Source: Candidatus Moraniibacteriota bacterium
GTDB lineage: Bacteria > Patescibacteriota > Minisyncoccia > Moranbacterales > UBA1568
DNA length: 64,000 bases
Direction: 5' to 3'
Assembly (NCBI GenBank): GCA_016699975.1
Contig: CP064994.1
Coordinates: forward strand, 554,167 to 618,166
A program made the position numbers and the translations under genes. How positions within the stretch are numbered: the first letter of the stretch is position 1; each line of letters starts with the position of its first letter. Below are positions 9,568-19,005 of this stretch, one piece after another. The notes under the pieces are model-generated. The model was not told where the DNA came from and ran no database searches. It saw nothing but the letters and a program-made list of their open reading frames with translations.

Positions 9568-10245
9568 ATGTATACTCACTTTTCCCAGAAAATTCTTTTC
9601 TTTCTTTTTCCCCTTCTCGCCATCTTGCTTTTCTTTGGGGGATGGCTTTTCTTTCGAGGCCAAAATGAAACAGTTGAAGAAACGAATCAGTCAGATACGA
9701 TTTCAAAAAAAGTGGAAGCGCCGACACCTGATTCATCCCCCTCTTCTTCTCCCGGCTCTCGTCTTTCGGATACAGAAAACGAAGAGAATGGTATGGTGTG
9801 GTATACCATCCCGGAATATGGCATACGATTTTTGGTTGAAAGAGAAGTAGCAGAGAGAATCAATTTTACTCTCAATTCAGAGTCGAAGAAATCCGGCACT
9901 TTCTCCGTAACCGCTTCTCCGGAGAAGTCGAACTCTCCTACGAGTTCGGGTGCCAACATATTTGCTACCCTCCTTGAGGGAACAAAAGAAGATTCGAGAG
10001 TCGACCTTTCATCGTGCGAGGGAAGTGCTTGTTGTCCCGGATACATCGATGATGGGAATGAAACGGAACGTGTTTCAAATGGTGTATTGATTTTCAAAAA
10101 TTCTGAGAAAAGGGTTTGCTATTTCGCAAGCGAGTCTTCGAGAAAGTATAATGAGGCATCTGGCATGACCAAAAAATTCGATCCTGTTACAAAAAAACTT
10201 TTTGCCGGGTATCTGACGAGCGCTCTGGTCGAAGCGATACGGTGA
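9568..10245 (+). CDS. Membrane-anchored protein, paralog A of the 10855 gene (shared N-terminal TM plus GGWLFFRGQNETVEE motif)
   Basis: Start moved to ATG 9568 (MYTHFSQKILFF...) by alignment with paralog B. A 68-nt stretch is about 90% identical to 10912-10979. A later motif WYTIPEYGIRF parallels WSLYEDPEFSFKYP in B. Confidence 0.55.
   Translation: MYTHFSQKILFFLFPLLAILLFFGGWLFFRGQNETVEETNQSDTISKKVEAPTPDSSPSSSPGSRLSDTENEENGMVWYTIPEYGIRFLVEREVAERINFTLNSESKKSGTFSVTASPEKSNSPTSSGANIFATLLEGTKEDSRVDLSSCEGSACCPGYIDDGNETERVSNGVLIFKNSEKRVCYFASESSRKYNEASGMTKKFDPVTKKLFAGYLTSALVEAIR
9631..9698 (+). repeat. Direct repeat copy 1 (about 90% identical to 10912-10979)
   Basis: ttctttgggggatggcttttctttcgaggccaaaatgaaacagttgaagaaacgaatcag versus ttctttggagggtggcttttctttcgaggccaaaatgaaacggttgaagaaatgaatcaa. 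Confidence 0.7.
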
Positions 10246-10370
10246 CACTTTTCATTGCTGGCTCATCTGTAGATACTGCACTCTCCGGAAACAATATGCG
10301 AACTCTTCTGTAGCTGTGTCGAAACGAGGAATATAGATTTGAATTTCGTCTTCCGGTTGACTGAGGAATA
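10246..10370 (+). pseudogene. Remnant of the 3' end of an M23-peptidase gene paralog (homologous to 13796-13925)
   Basis: cacttttcattgctggctcatctgtagatactgcactctccggaaacaatatgcgaactcttctg aligns at about 80% with the 3' end of the 11768-13962 gene (ATLFIAGQSVDTALSGKNTRIL). It is out of frame with the upstream CDS and has a stop after 23 codons. Confidence 0.5.
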
Positions 10371-10662
10371 AAAGAGAATAGTTAACTTTCTTATTGCATG
10401 AGGACAATCAATGATAATTAAGATAAATTAGTCTTCTCACTCGGCGTAAATTTTGTAGGGCAATGAGTGTTTGGTATCCTCTTATGTCCTGCGCTCTTGG
10501 CACAGAAAGGGTTATTTCTTTTCACTCAAAAGTATTCGAAAGGAAAATCTCTCCAATTGAGAAACCAAAAATGGGAAATGGCTTTTCAGTTAGTAAGCCC
10601 GCTAAAATACATATCATATCTCGAAAATGAAAGGGGAAGCGCATAGCTTTCGTATACACTCT

Positions 10663-10697
10663 TGACAAGCAGCTGAAGATGGTTAATAATATTTTTT
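10663..10697 (+). promoter_or_regulatory. Candidate promoter TTGACA-N17-AATAAT in a long AT-rich intergenic region
   Basis: cTTGACAagcagctgaagatggttAATAATat, about 160 nt upstream of the 10855 start. Confidence 0.3.
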
Positions 10698-10854
10698 TCG
10701 AGAATCATGAAAAGTCTGTAGGTGGCTTCCCAATAAAGACTTTTGCATTTTTGAAAGGAGTCTTTTATCCTAAAGAGTACGATTCAGCCCAGCAGACATT
10801 GAGGCATACCGAAAAGCCTTCATAATTATTCTCCCCAAAGTTTCTTTCTCTTCT

Positions 10855-11379
10855 ATGAATATTCTTTCTCAAAAAACATTACTCCTCATTCTTTTTCTTG
10901 CTGCTCTTTCTTTCTTTGGAGGGTGGCTTTTCTTTCGAGGCCAAAATGAAACGGTTGAAGAAATGAATCAATCAGGTATCGAACGATCTTCACCTGTACT
11001 TTCAGAAAATGTTGAAAGGAAAGAAGTGATGTCGGATGAATCAGAAATGATCGACGAAAAGAGGGGAGAAGAGAAGCTCGGAGGTCTCTTTCGGAGAGTG
11101 GATACGATAGGGTGGAGCCTCTATGAAGATCCGGAATTTTCTTTCAAGTATCCTTCTTCGTATAGTATTCGAAAAATCCGTGATGGATTGTTGGTATTCG
11201 GGACAGAGGAAAGAGTTTCAAGTTCCTTTCTTCCTCGAAGTTCCTCAATCGTTGAAAAGGGATTTTCATTATCTATAGAAAGAACCCTCCTCGGAGATGA
11301 CGGTTCCGGAAAATCTGATGTCCTCCTATTGAGAGAGTGGTCTGGGGGATCGCGGAGCATTGGGAGATTCTGTGTTTGA
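10855..11379 (+). CDS. Membrane-anchored protein, paralog B (N-terminal TM plus GGWLFFRGQNETVEE motif)
   Basis: 174 aa: MNILSQKTLLLILFLAALSFFGGWLFFRGQNETVEEMNQS.... Same module order as A, and followed by the M23 peptidase gene. Confidence 0.55.
   Translation: MNILSQKTLLLILFLAALSFFGGWLFFRGQNETVEEMNQSGIERSSPVLSENVERKEVMSDESEMIDEKRGEEKLGGLFRRVDTIGWSLYEDPEFSFKYPSSYSIRKIRDGLLVFGTEERVSSSFLPRSSSIVEKGFSLSIERTLLGDDGSGKSDVLLLREWSGGSRSIGRFCV
10912..10979 (+). repeat. Direct repeat copy 2 (partner of 9631-9698)
   Basis: See copy 1. Confidence 0.7.
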
Positions 11380-11767
11380 AGAAGGAACGTACCACGGAAC
11401 GCCATCATATTTTCTCGCCAAGAGGGCAAGGGGACAATTTTTTCCGCTCCACACAGACAAGAAACATACTCTTTCTTTGACAAAAGAACCCGCTCTTTTT
11501 TTGAAATATCACTTCTGGCGACAGCCAGAGAATTCAATTCGTTTGAATATATACTGAGGGGGGTTGTCAGTACTCTGGAGTGGAAAAAATAGAATAAAAG
11601 AAGAAAATACTCTTGCCTCTCTTTCTGTTTCCTCTCACTTTTTTGAAGGGTAACTTTTCCTTTTATGCATGATTTTGTGCTGAAAGAATGAAGAGCTACC
11701 CAAAAGGAAGTGAGTTTGTGGGTATCACACTAGTTCGTTGACAACTTAACGCTGGGAGTTTGTAGTG

Positions 11768-13962
11768 ATGAAGATTAACAAATCTTTGTTTGTGTTAATA
11801 CTTTCACTTCTAATGATTGGTAAAATTTCTGCATCTGAAGTAAATGGTCAGGCTCGAGAAATTCTCAATAATCTCTTTCCCTAGAACCCGGAAGAACCCC
11901 TTTTGTAGTAAGTTGTGCTTCGGGATGTGGTCTCCATCTTGGAGAAGATCTCTATGCTCTTGATTTTACTGTTAGTGGAGAATGCCAATCGCCTTCCGGA
12001 GAGCATCCAGCTTTCGGAAAGGAAATTCGTTCTACTCAGAAGGGAGAAGTTATTAAGTCCTATAGCGGAGATAGGAGTGGATATGGGAAATACGTCGAAG
12101 TGCGGCATGCTGTTGTATCCATACGTGATAAACCAGGGGTAGAATTTCAGCTAGTGAGTAAGTATGCCCATGCTGAATCTTTGCAAGTCTCTATTGGTGA
12201 TCACATAAGATCTGGACAGGTTATTGGCCTTATGGGAAATACAGGCAACTTTTCTTCGTCGAGCCCCTGTAACCATCCCGGGACGCATCTTCATTTTGTT
12301 CTTTATTGGGATCGTTATGAGAAAGGAGTATTTAAGGAGAGGGTTGGCGAGAAACCTGTTGTCCTTTTTCCATATAATTATAATGATCTTAATAGGGGTT
12401 CATCAAAATTCTATTCAGAGACTTATGATATTGGAAAATCGGAAGAAATTGCCATGATGCAAAACTGCGATGAGATGTATCCAATATGTCGAGATGACAA
12501 TGGAGATGGAATTGTTGATGGAAGTGGAGGTTCTTCTTCGGACACGGACAAGGGTGGAGGAGGTGCAGAGGATGACTCAAATACTGCTCCTGTTTCATCT
12601 CACAATGCCGATATTACTGTCGAAGACCGAGCGTTTCGTCTCAATCCCGATGGAACTAATAACGGCTCTTCTCTGAAAGCAAACTGTCGTACATGTTTGG
12701 AAGAGGTTCTCACAGTTGGTGAAACCATCAAATATGAAGGCGTTGCTTCTGTTGCAAATGCGAACGTGAGCGATTCTCTCCGACCAGAAAAAAAGGACTC
12801 AAAAAAGATAGAATTCGGATTCTTTTTCTCGGTGAAAAACCAGGATGGTACTACCTACAAAGATTGGTGGCGAGGAGCTGAAATCGGGGTTGATATTGAT
12901 CGGCTCAGAAAAGGAAAGAGTCCTGAATTTTCTTTTCTCTACGAAACTCCCAATCTTCCCGGGAAAAAACTGGAGATGTGGATATGTGCCGATACTGATG
13001 ATGAAGTCTTGGAACCCGAAGAAGGTGATAAACGGAATCCTGTAAGGACTTCCAGGGATTGCAGGGGAAATAATCGATCCAAGATGAAAACCTTTACGAG
13101 CAAGGCAAGGGATTTCGACTATGTTCTCGAAAATGCCGGTATGATCAACGAGCAGAGAGGATATCTCTGGCTGGGCGAATCATACCGTCTTTGGTATGAG
13201 GTACATGCTTCCGGCGCAGATATTCCCATCGAACCCGTTTCAATCCTGATTTCTCGAACGGGTCCAGAAGAGGGAAAGAAATCAAACCTTCTCCTTGCGA
13301 GTCGGACGCTGACACGAGCAGAACTTACTACTGGATCTGTTTTCTTGGATCAACTCAGCGAGGTGTTTTCAGCACCTATGATTCCTGGGACATACTGGTT
13401 TCATGTTTGCGTGCACTCGGGGAAGATGCCTGAATCCAATTCTGAAAACAACTGTCGTCGCTTCCGAAAGGAAGTGCGCGATCCGGATGTCTCCATTACA
13501 CACAGTATGATTCGTTGTCCTGTGTTCACTCCTGTTACTTGGGGACCGCCCTGGAGTTCGAATCCCCAGTATGCACCGCCCTTTGATGAAAAAGGAGCTC
13601 TTGTTATTACTCCTTGGTGTCTCGAGTCTTCCCCAGACTATCTGGAGGTGTTTTTCCGAGGTTCGCAAATACTCTGGGTACACAAAGATGTGTACATTTT
13701 GAACATTGGTACGAATACACTTGTTCGATTCACGGCGGATACCTGCACGGTACCGAGGGAAGGTGGGAGTAAAGAATGGTGTCCCGGAACTGCGACACTT
13801 TTCATTGCTGGCCAATCTGTGGATACTGCACTGTCTGGAAAGAACACGCGCATTCTTGCGTGGATGTGTCGGAAGCCGACCGAGCCGAATGGAACGTGGA
13901 CGTGCGGGTGGCGACTTCAGGAAGCCAGCATACGGGCGCGACAAGGAGAAATGGTGCCTTAA
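11768..13962 (+). CDS. Secreted M23 (LytM-type) metallopeptidase with about 450-aa Cys/Trp-rich C-terminal extension; frame broken near 11872-11884 (apparent 1-nt deletion)
   Basis: Frame 2 encodes signal peptide MKINKSLFVLILSLLMIGKISASEV... and ends at TAG 11882. Frame 1 opens after the stop at 11869-11871 and encodes the M23 domain (CGLHLGEDLYALDF = HxxxD; KSYSGDRSGYGKYVEVRH; GLMGNTGNFSSSSPCNHPGTHLHFVLY) with no in-frame start before Met 12100. Adding one C to the CCC run joins the two frames. Confidence 0.65.
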
Positions 13963-14015
13963 AGAAAGGATGAAAAAATAACGACTGGAAAATGACTGAA
14001 TTCATGGTATTTATT

Positions 14016-14047
14016 CCTCCTGCGGGTGACCGTGGGGAGGTTTTTTT
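14016..14047 (+). terminator. Putative intrinsic terminator (CCTCC-N15-GGAGG then T7)
   Basis: cctcctgcgggtgaccgtggggaggttttttt, located 54 nt downstream of the M23 gene stop. Confidence 0.4.
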
Positions 14048-14126
14048 GTATCTCGTATGAGGGAGGAGAGAAGGCGAAAGAGAAGAAGGCGGACAGAAAG
14101 GTGGGAAAGCTATTCCACGAAGAGAA

Positions 14127-14543
14127 TTATTTCCCCAAGAAAAGGAGAAGTGCTGTTTTGTGAATCATCTCGCGATGGTTTTTCCCTCGGTCTCTCTCCA
14201 AAAAAACCGCGAGCTCGTCAAGTGCGACATCACAAGAGCGCATATGGAGCGCGTTCATTTGCGAAAGAATAGAGAAAACAAGGCACGCCGTCCGCTTGTT
14301 GCCATCGGTGAACGGATGATCCTTGATGAGAAAATAGAGATAAGCAAGTGTTTTCTCGGCCGAGGAAGCGTAGAGCTCATGCCCGAAGTAGCAGCTGTTG
14401 ATGCTCTCGACGATCGCCTCGACCCGTTTCTCTATCCGCGGGACGAGAGGAAAGGACACAAGTCCTTCTTTACGAAGCGTCTCGTATACCTGACAGACGT
14501 TTTTCGAGGTGAGCGGTCGAAATGTTTTTCTTTCCTGCGTCAT
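14127..14543 (-). CDS. doc: Doc-family toxin (Fic/Doc fold, type II TA toxin)
   Basis: Motif HPFTDGNKRTA matches the Doc signature HxFx(D/N)(A/G)NKR (P1 Doc: HIFNDANKRTA). About 138 aa from Met MTQERK. An alternative start at 14582 is possible. Confidence 0.7.
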   Translation of the reverse strand: MTQERKTFRPLTSKNVCQVYETLRKEGLVSFPLVPRIEKRVEAIVESINSCYFGHELYASSAEKTLAYLYFLIKDHPFTDGNKRTACLVFSILSQMNALHMRSCDVALDELAVFLERDRGKNHREMIHKTALLLFLGK

Positions 14544-14721
14544 AGTCGCGAAGGGATTCGAGTATGGATTTCTTTTCGGCAAACTGGCGTTCCAAAACCG
14601 AGCGAAACTCGCGATCCGCCTTTTTCATTTCTTCGGAAGAACTTCCAGAAAAAAGTTGTAGGAAATATTTCAGCATATATTCGTTTCTTCGCCGTTTAGT
14701 ATACGGGAAAATGTTCAACAT
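14470..14721 (-). CDS. Candidate cognate antitoxin (unrecognised family), upstream of and overlapping doc
   Basis: 83-aa ORF immediately upstream of doc on the same strand (MLKYF...SSEEMKKADREFRSVLERQFAEKKSILESLRDYD...). Charged and helical-looking, but no Phd/YefM signature. The 74-nt overlap with doc is unusually long, so start or extent is uncertain. Confidence 0.25.
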   Translation of the reverse strand: MLNIFPYTKRRRNEYMLKYFLQLFSGSSSEEMKKADREFRSVLERQFAEKKSILESLRDYDAGKKNISTAHLEKRLSGIRDAS

Positions 14722-14800
14722 GAAAACGTCTCGCGGCGAGGTCGAGGGAAATCGTTAAGCAGAAGGTGGAAAATAAAAGCGGAAAAAAATGGGGAGCGAA

Positions 14801-17800
14801 TCATGAGGAAATTTTTCCCGTTTTGTTTTGGCGCCGGCGCCAAAAAGCATCGAAGAAGAGAAAGAAGATACAACCACCGAACGTGAGCCCACTGATCAGG
14901 AGCCCTACAGAGAACCATCGCTGCGGGAAGAATTCGATTCTCATCTCGATATCATACGAACCGTCCTCGTTTTTTCGGCACGCAACGCTTTCCTCTTGGC
15001 AGAGTATTTCCGGCTCTACAAACCAGCCGTTTAAGAATCCGTTTAATTTGAAGTGCTTTTCTTCGTCAATTTGACGCGGATGAACCCACGGGATCCAATT
15101 TTTGAGCCAACCGTTTACTGCTTCGTCGTTCAAAAACGCTTTCCATTCGGGATGGAAACTTTCGCTCATCGCGAGATAAAACGGCGTCGTCGCTCCCTGC
15201 ATATGAACGAGCTTCTTTGTCGGGTTCACCAAATCAAAAGCAATCTCGCGCGGCTCTCTGAAGTTTGTTTCTGGATCCGACACGAGGTAGTATCGGTCGA
15301 GAATATCGGGAAGCTCTACGAGAGAAAAGTTGTCGTAACGCGTGACGACATTTGTCTTTTCGTCTCTCGAGTACGAATAGAGCGTGAGAGTAGCTGATGT
15401 TGCTCCCTCGGGAACGGAAATCACTTTCGTGAATGTTTGCCAGGGAGACTCTGCCTCCACACCCTCTTTCTCGAGAGAAATCTTTTCGCTTACCGAAGAT
15501 TTCTTGGAGTCATTGAAAGCGATATGAAACCCTGCTTGCCTTCCGTTCGGACTTTGATAATCAAACGAGAAAAGCGCCGAGGTTTTTTCGCGAACGGGAA
15601 TATCTTTTTGGTTTGTGCAGGCGATGTGGCGTGTGGCAGCGAGCTCAAGAAATCGGTTTCCTTCTGAGGCTCTATTCTCGCCCAACGTCATCTCAAGGAC
15701 GGGGTTATCGTCCGTCGCATTGCAATCCCCGACTTTCTCTTTCCACAAACCTTCTTCGAACGAGGGGTTCTTGATTCGATTTGAAAAATCATGTTCGGGA
15801 TCTTCGTATTTCACCGAAATTTGTCCCGCGGCTCTATCGAGGGGAATCCGAACAAAGGAATCTGTGCGCTCCGATGGTGAGAGAAGTAACGTTGAGTCAT
15901 TGCTCTGGACTGCCGACTCCGGAGCTCGAGCATACAGAGAAAGACTTCCTGAAGAATTGTTAATACTTTCTTCAATATCATTGGTGTGAAATCCGATATT
16001 TTTTGGTGATATTTCTTCAAATAAAGGGTAAACTTTTCTTGAAGGGAAGACTCCTTCTGGAGTCAAAGAAAATTCAGGCTGGTTTTCAAAAGAAGCGCTC
16101 AAAAACTTATACTTTGAAAGACTATTTACTTCCAATTGATAGGAAAAAATTTCTTTAAATGTTCGAATTTCTTCTTTGGACTCTCTGTTAATAAAGTTAG
16201 TAGAGTATTTCAGTTCTTCTTTCGAATCAGAATATTTTGAATCAAGGAATGAATATGTTGATTGATAATCTATTTTTGGTGAAAAGAGACCAAATTTTTC
16301 TTCGGATTGGTAAAACTCTTGTTTCTTAAGATACACTCGGTCAATTGATGAAATGCTTAATAAGTCGAAAAAGAGGGGATCTTGTTGATTGAAAAGGGAT
16401 TGAAGAGTGTCTTGAAAAAGTTTGGTTTCTTTATACGAACCTCCCAAACGAAAGGTATTTATGCTGTAGCTGGAATTTTCATAATTTAATTCGTCCTGAT
16501 GATAGGAAGGAATTACGAGCGATCTTCCTGGACGCTGGTTGGCGTTCTCAATAATTTCGTTTATAACAATGCTTTCCTTATATTTTTCGGGAGAGCTTTT
16601 TTGAAAAAGTGAAATATCTCTTCCAAAAAGAGGCCATGCATAGATACAGTTGGCGATGAGAAATGCGGAAACAAGAATGAAAAAATTTTTGGCTGATACA
16701 AGACTTTTAATTAAGGATAATACTATTGCAAGCAACAGAATTGAAAAAATAAGCAAGATGATTTGTACCTTCGCTGGGTTCCTTATTGTATTTGTAAACC
16801 AGCCCATTTCAAAAGCCTTGGTACCAAATTCTTGATTCACAGTAAGAATATGGAGAAATCCAATAATGAGTATTATGACAATGAGAATCCCATAAAACTC
16901 TGTATTAAGATTCTTGGTTTTTGATTCTTTAAAGTTCTTCGTATTCGTATCTTTTTCTTTTTGAAGGAGTAGAAGTATAAGACAGAGAAGGAATATAAAA
17001 GAATAACCAAAGATGTTTTTTGTTGATATTTGATTATATCCAAGAGTTACTTGTCCATTCCCATTATTTCCAGCAAACCGAAGAGTGTTTATAAGCGAAG
17101 TGGACTTGTAGTTGTGAAGATAATCTTGAATCGACGAAGATCCGGGAAGTGATTCCTTTCCGGAAGATGACACTAAGAAAAGCGGGAGGAATAAAAACGA
17201 AAGAAGAACAATTGAAAGAATAGAAAACACCGAGAGTCTTACTGTGTATTTTAATGATAGTCCCAGTATTACCTTTATTCCCACAAATAAAATAAGTGAA
17301 AGAAAGAGAATAAAGATAACCGGAGGAAGAAATGTTACGGTTAAGAATAAAGTCAGTACCCAAAGAACAGTATTTTTTAGGGAAAATTCTTCCTTATAGA
17401 ATATTTTTATTGAGAAATAAAGAAGAAAAAGAAGTGAAGAATAAACCCAAATTGTTTGACCATTTCTAAAGTCACCAAATATTATTGGGTTTGCTATGGA
17501 AAAAAATCCTGAAACAAATGATATGAGGGAGCTTTTATAAAGTTTATAAGTTACATAGTAAGCGGAGTACATCAGAAGAAACAGTGGAAAGATTCGTAAA
17601 AGAAGAAATTCTCCATGATCATCAAGAAAGGGGATTTTTGTTATTCCAAGTGGGATGATATTTGTCAAAGAAGTTCTTATCGAAGTTCCAAAATTCGCAT
17701 AACTCCAGAGGTAGATAGTCTTATCGGTAAGGATTTGGCGTGAGAGCTGATCGGTATGGGCATAGTCTCCCCAGGCAAGTGGTTCTCCCCTTAAGTCTAT

Positions 17801-17968
17801 AAAAAAAACCGAAGTGGTAAAAAGAAATACGAGAAATAATAATACAACAGGCATGAACCCCTTCACTTTTAGGGGTATGTCATTAAAATATTTTTTTATT
17901 TTTTGCGCGTTCTTCTCCATGAAATTTTGAGCTTTTTCAATGCAGTGCAATGCGTGTAAATCTATCAA
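14801..17968 (-). CDS. Giant (1055 aa) polytopic membrane protein: N-terminal about 14-TM domain, large extracytoplasmic beta-rich domain, C-terminal TM anchor (GT-C / AftD-like architecture, tentative)
   Basis: One long ORF. N-terminal half is highly hydrophobic. C-terminal about 450 aa is soluble (…FLNGWFVEPEI…), followed by final TM FSVGLLISGLTFGGCIFFLFF and RRRQNK. GC content shifts from about 48% (C-terminal domain coding) to about 30-38% (TM domain coding). Confidence 0.65.
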   Translation of the reverse strand: MIDLHALHCIEKAQNFMEKNAQKIKKYFNDIPLKVKGFMPVVLLFLVFLFTTSVFFIDLRGEPLAWGDYAHTDQLSRQILTDKTIYLWSYANFGTSIRTSLTNIIPLGITKIPFLDDHGEFLLLRIFPLFLLMYSAYYVTYKLYKSSLISFVSGFFSIANPIIFGDFRNGQTIWVYSSLLFLLYFSIKIFYKEEFSLKNTVLWVLTLFLTVTFLPPVIFILFLSLILFVGIKVILGLSLKYTVRLSVFSILSIVLLSFLFLPLFLVSSSGKESLPGSSSIQDYLHNYKSTSLINTLRFAGNNGNGQVTLGYNQISTKNIFGYSFIFLLCLILLLLQKEKDTNTKNFKESKTKNLNTEFYGILIVIILIIGFLHILTVNQEFGTKAFEMGWFTNTIRNPAKVQIILLIFSILLLAIVLSLIKSLVSAKNFFILVSAFLIANCIYAWPLFGRDISLFQKSSPEKYKESIVINEIIENANQRPGRSLVIPSYHQDELNYENSSYSINTFRLGGSYKETKLFQDTLQSLFNQQDPLFFDLLSISSIDRVYLKKQEFYQSEEKFGLFSPKIDYQSTYSFLDSKYSDSKEELKYSTNFINRESKEEIRTFKEIFSYQLEVNSLSKYKFLSASFENQPEFSLTPEGVFPSRKVYPLFEEISPKNIGFHTNDIEESINNSSGSLSLYARAPESAVQSNDSTLLLSPSERTDSFVRIPLDRAAGQISVKYEDPEHDFSNRIKNPSFEEGLWKEKVGDCNATDDNPVLEMTLGENRASEGNRFLELAATRHIACTNQKDIPVREKTSALFSFDYQSPNGRQAGFHIAFNDSKKSSVSEKISLEKEGVEAESPWQTFTKVISVPEGATSATLTLYSYSRDEKTNVVTRYDNFSLVELPDILDRYYLVSDPETNFREPREIAFDLVNPTKKLVHMQGATTPFYLAMSESFHPEWKAFLNDEAVNGWLKNWIPWVHPRQIDEEKHFKLNGFLNGWFVEPEILCQEESVACRKNEDGSYDIEMRIEFFPQRWFSVGLLISGLTFGGCIFFLFFDAFWRRRQNKTGKISS

Positions 17969-18995
17969 AGATTTTCAAGTATTTTTGTCTCTGACATTTC
18001 ATGTATTGCAATTGATTGTTTGCTGATATTTCTATGAAACTCCGATACTTTATTATCGTAGCTGATTGGGAGAAATGGAATTCCTGCGAAGTGAGCAGAT
18101 ATTTGAACGTGGTACTGCGGGGCTATAACGTATAGATTCGAGGCATGTTTTTTGAGTGCCAGAATAAACGCAATTGGGTTATATTCGAAATCCGATGCTG
18201 TGATATTCCCATGCTCCTGTTCCAGAGCCTTCATTTTTGAGTAGAGTTTTGGAGCGATAGTTTTGGATTCGAAGACGACAAGAGAAAATTTCTTTGAAGT
18301 ATTTTTCCGAACGAAATTGAAAAGAGTGTTGGTATAGGTCCAAAATTTCTTGTTGGTGAAGCGGCGAAATCCTACGAGTGTTATTGGTTCATGGAAACCG
18401 AGATTCTTCGATATTTCTTCCGCTTCTTTTTCGTAGGCATCGGTCGAAACTTCATCGAGCGAGAAACTAATATCTCGGTCGAGCAGCGTGTTTGCCTTAT
18501 TAAACTTCGAGAAATTCTCAAAAGTTTCCGGGTCTCGCGCCAAAATAAGTTTTGCTGATTTTGCCGCGAGGTAGGCCGATATTCTGCCTAAGAAAGAAGT
18601 GGATGTGTAATATCCTATTCCCAAAAGGTAGACGTTTTTCCTGGAGAGCTTTGAGAAAAGAAATAAAAGCGCGCTCAATACGAATATATTTTTATTGAAA
18701 TCGAGTCCCCATATCCCTCCTCCTCCTATGATGATATTTTTGAACCGAAAAACCCTTTGAGGATACCGACTTTTTCTGAAGAGTTGATGATTGAATAGCT
18801 AAAGTCGTGATGATATGTTCCGAAAATCTTTGGATTCGAGTAGTAAATTTTTACATTCTTTACTCCGTGTTTCGAGAACAGAAGTTGCAGTATTTCCAAA
18901 AGGAGTTCATCGCCATAATTTGTTCCTCCATAATAGCCTATGAGGAACGTATTTTCGAGATTTCTCGAAGAAAAGAATTTTGAAAGATGATTCAT
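17965..18995 (-). CDS. Polysaccharide pyruvyl transferase family protein (CsaB/WcaK-like), split into two ORFs (18995-18726 and 18678-17965) by an apparent 1-nt deletion
   Basis: N-terminal piece carries IGYYGGTNYGDELLLEIL, the PF04230 signature GYYGxxNxGDE. C-terminal piece has ...ILARDPETFE... and ...ITLVGFRRF..., consistent with the central and C-terminal motifs. Frames differ by one position. AT-rich (about 30% GC). Confidence 0.55.
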
Positions 18996-19005
18996 GGATA
19001 TTGTC

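Noticed and set aside
11380-11768. Promoter TTGACA (11738) immediately upstream of the M23 start
   Set aside because: The best -10 candidate ends 2-3 nt before the ATG, which is geometrically implausible. Only a GGGAG Shine-Dalgarno is supported.
14160-14699. 179-aa plus-strand ORF
   Set aside because: Antisense to doc and its putative antitoxin.
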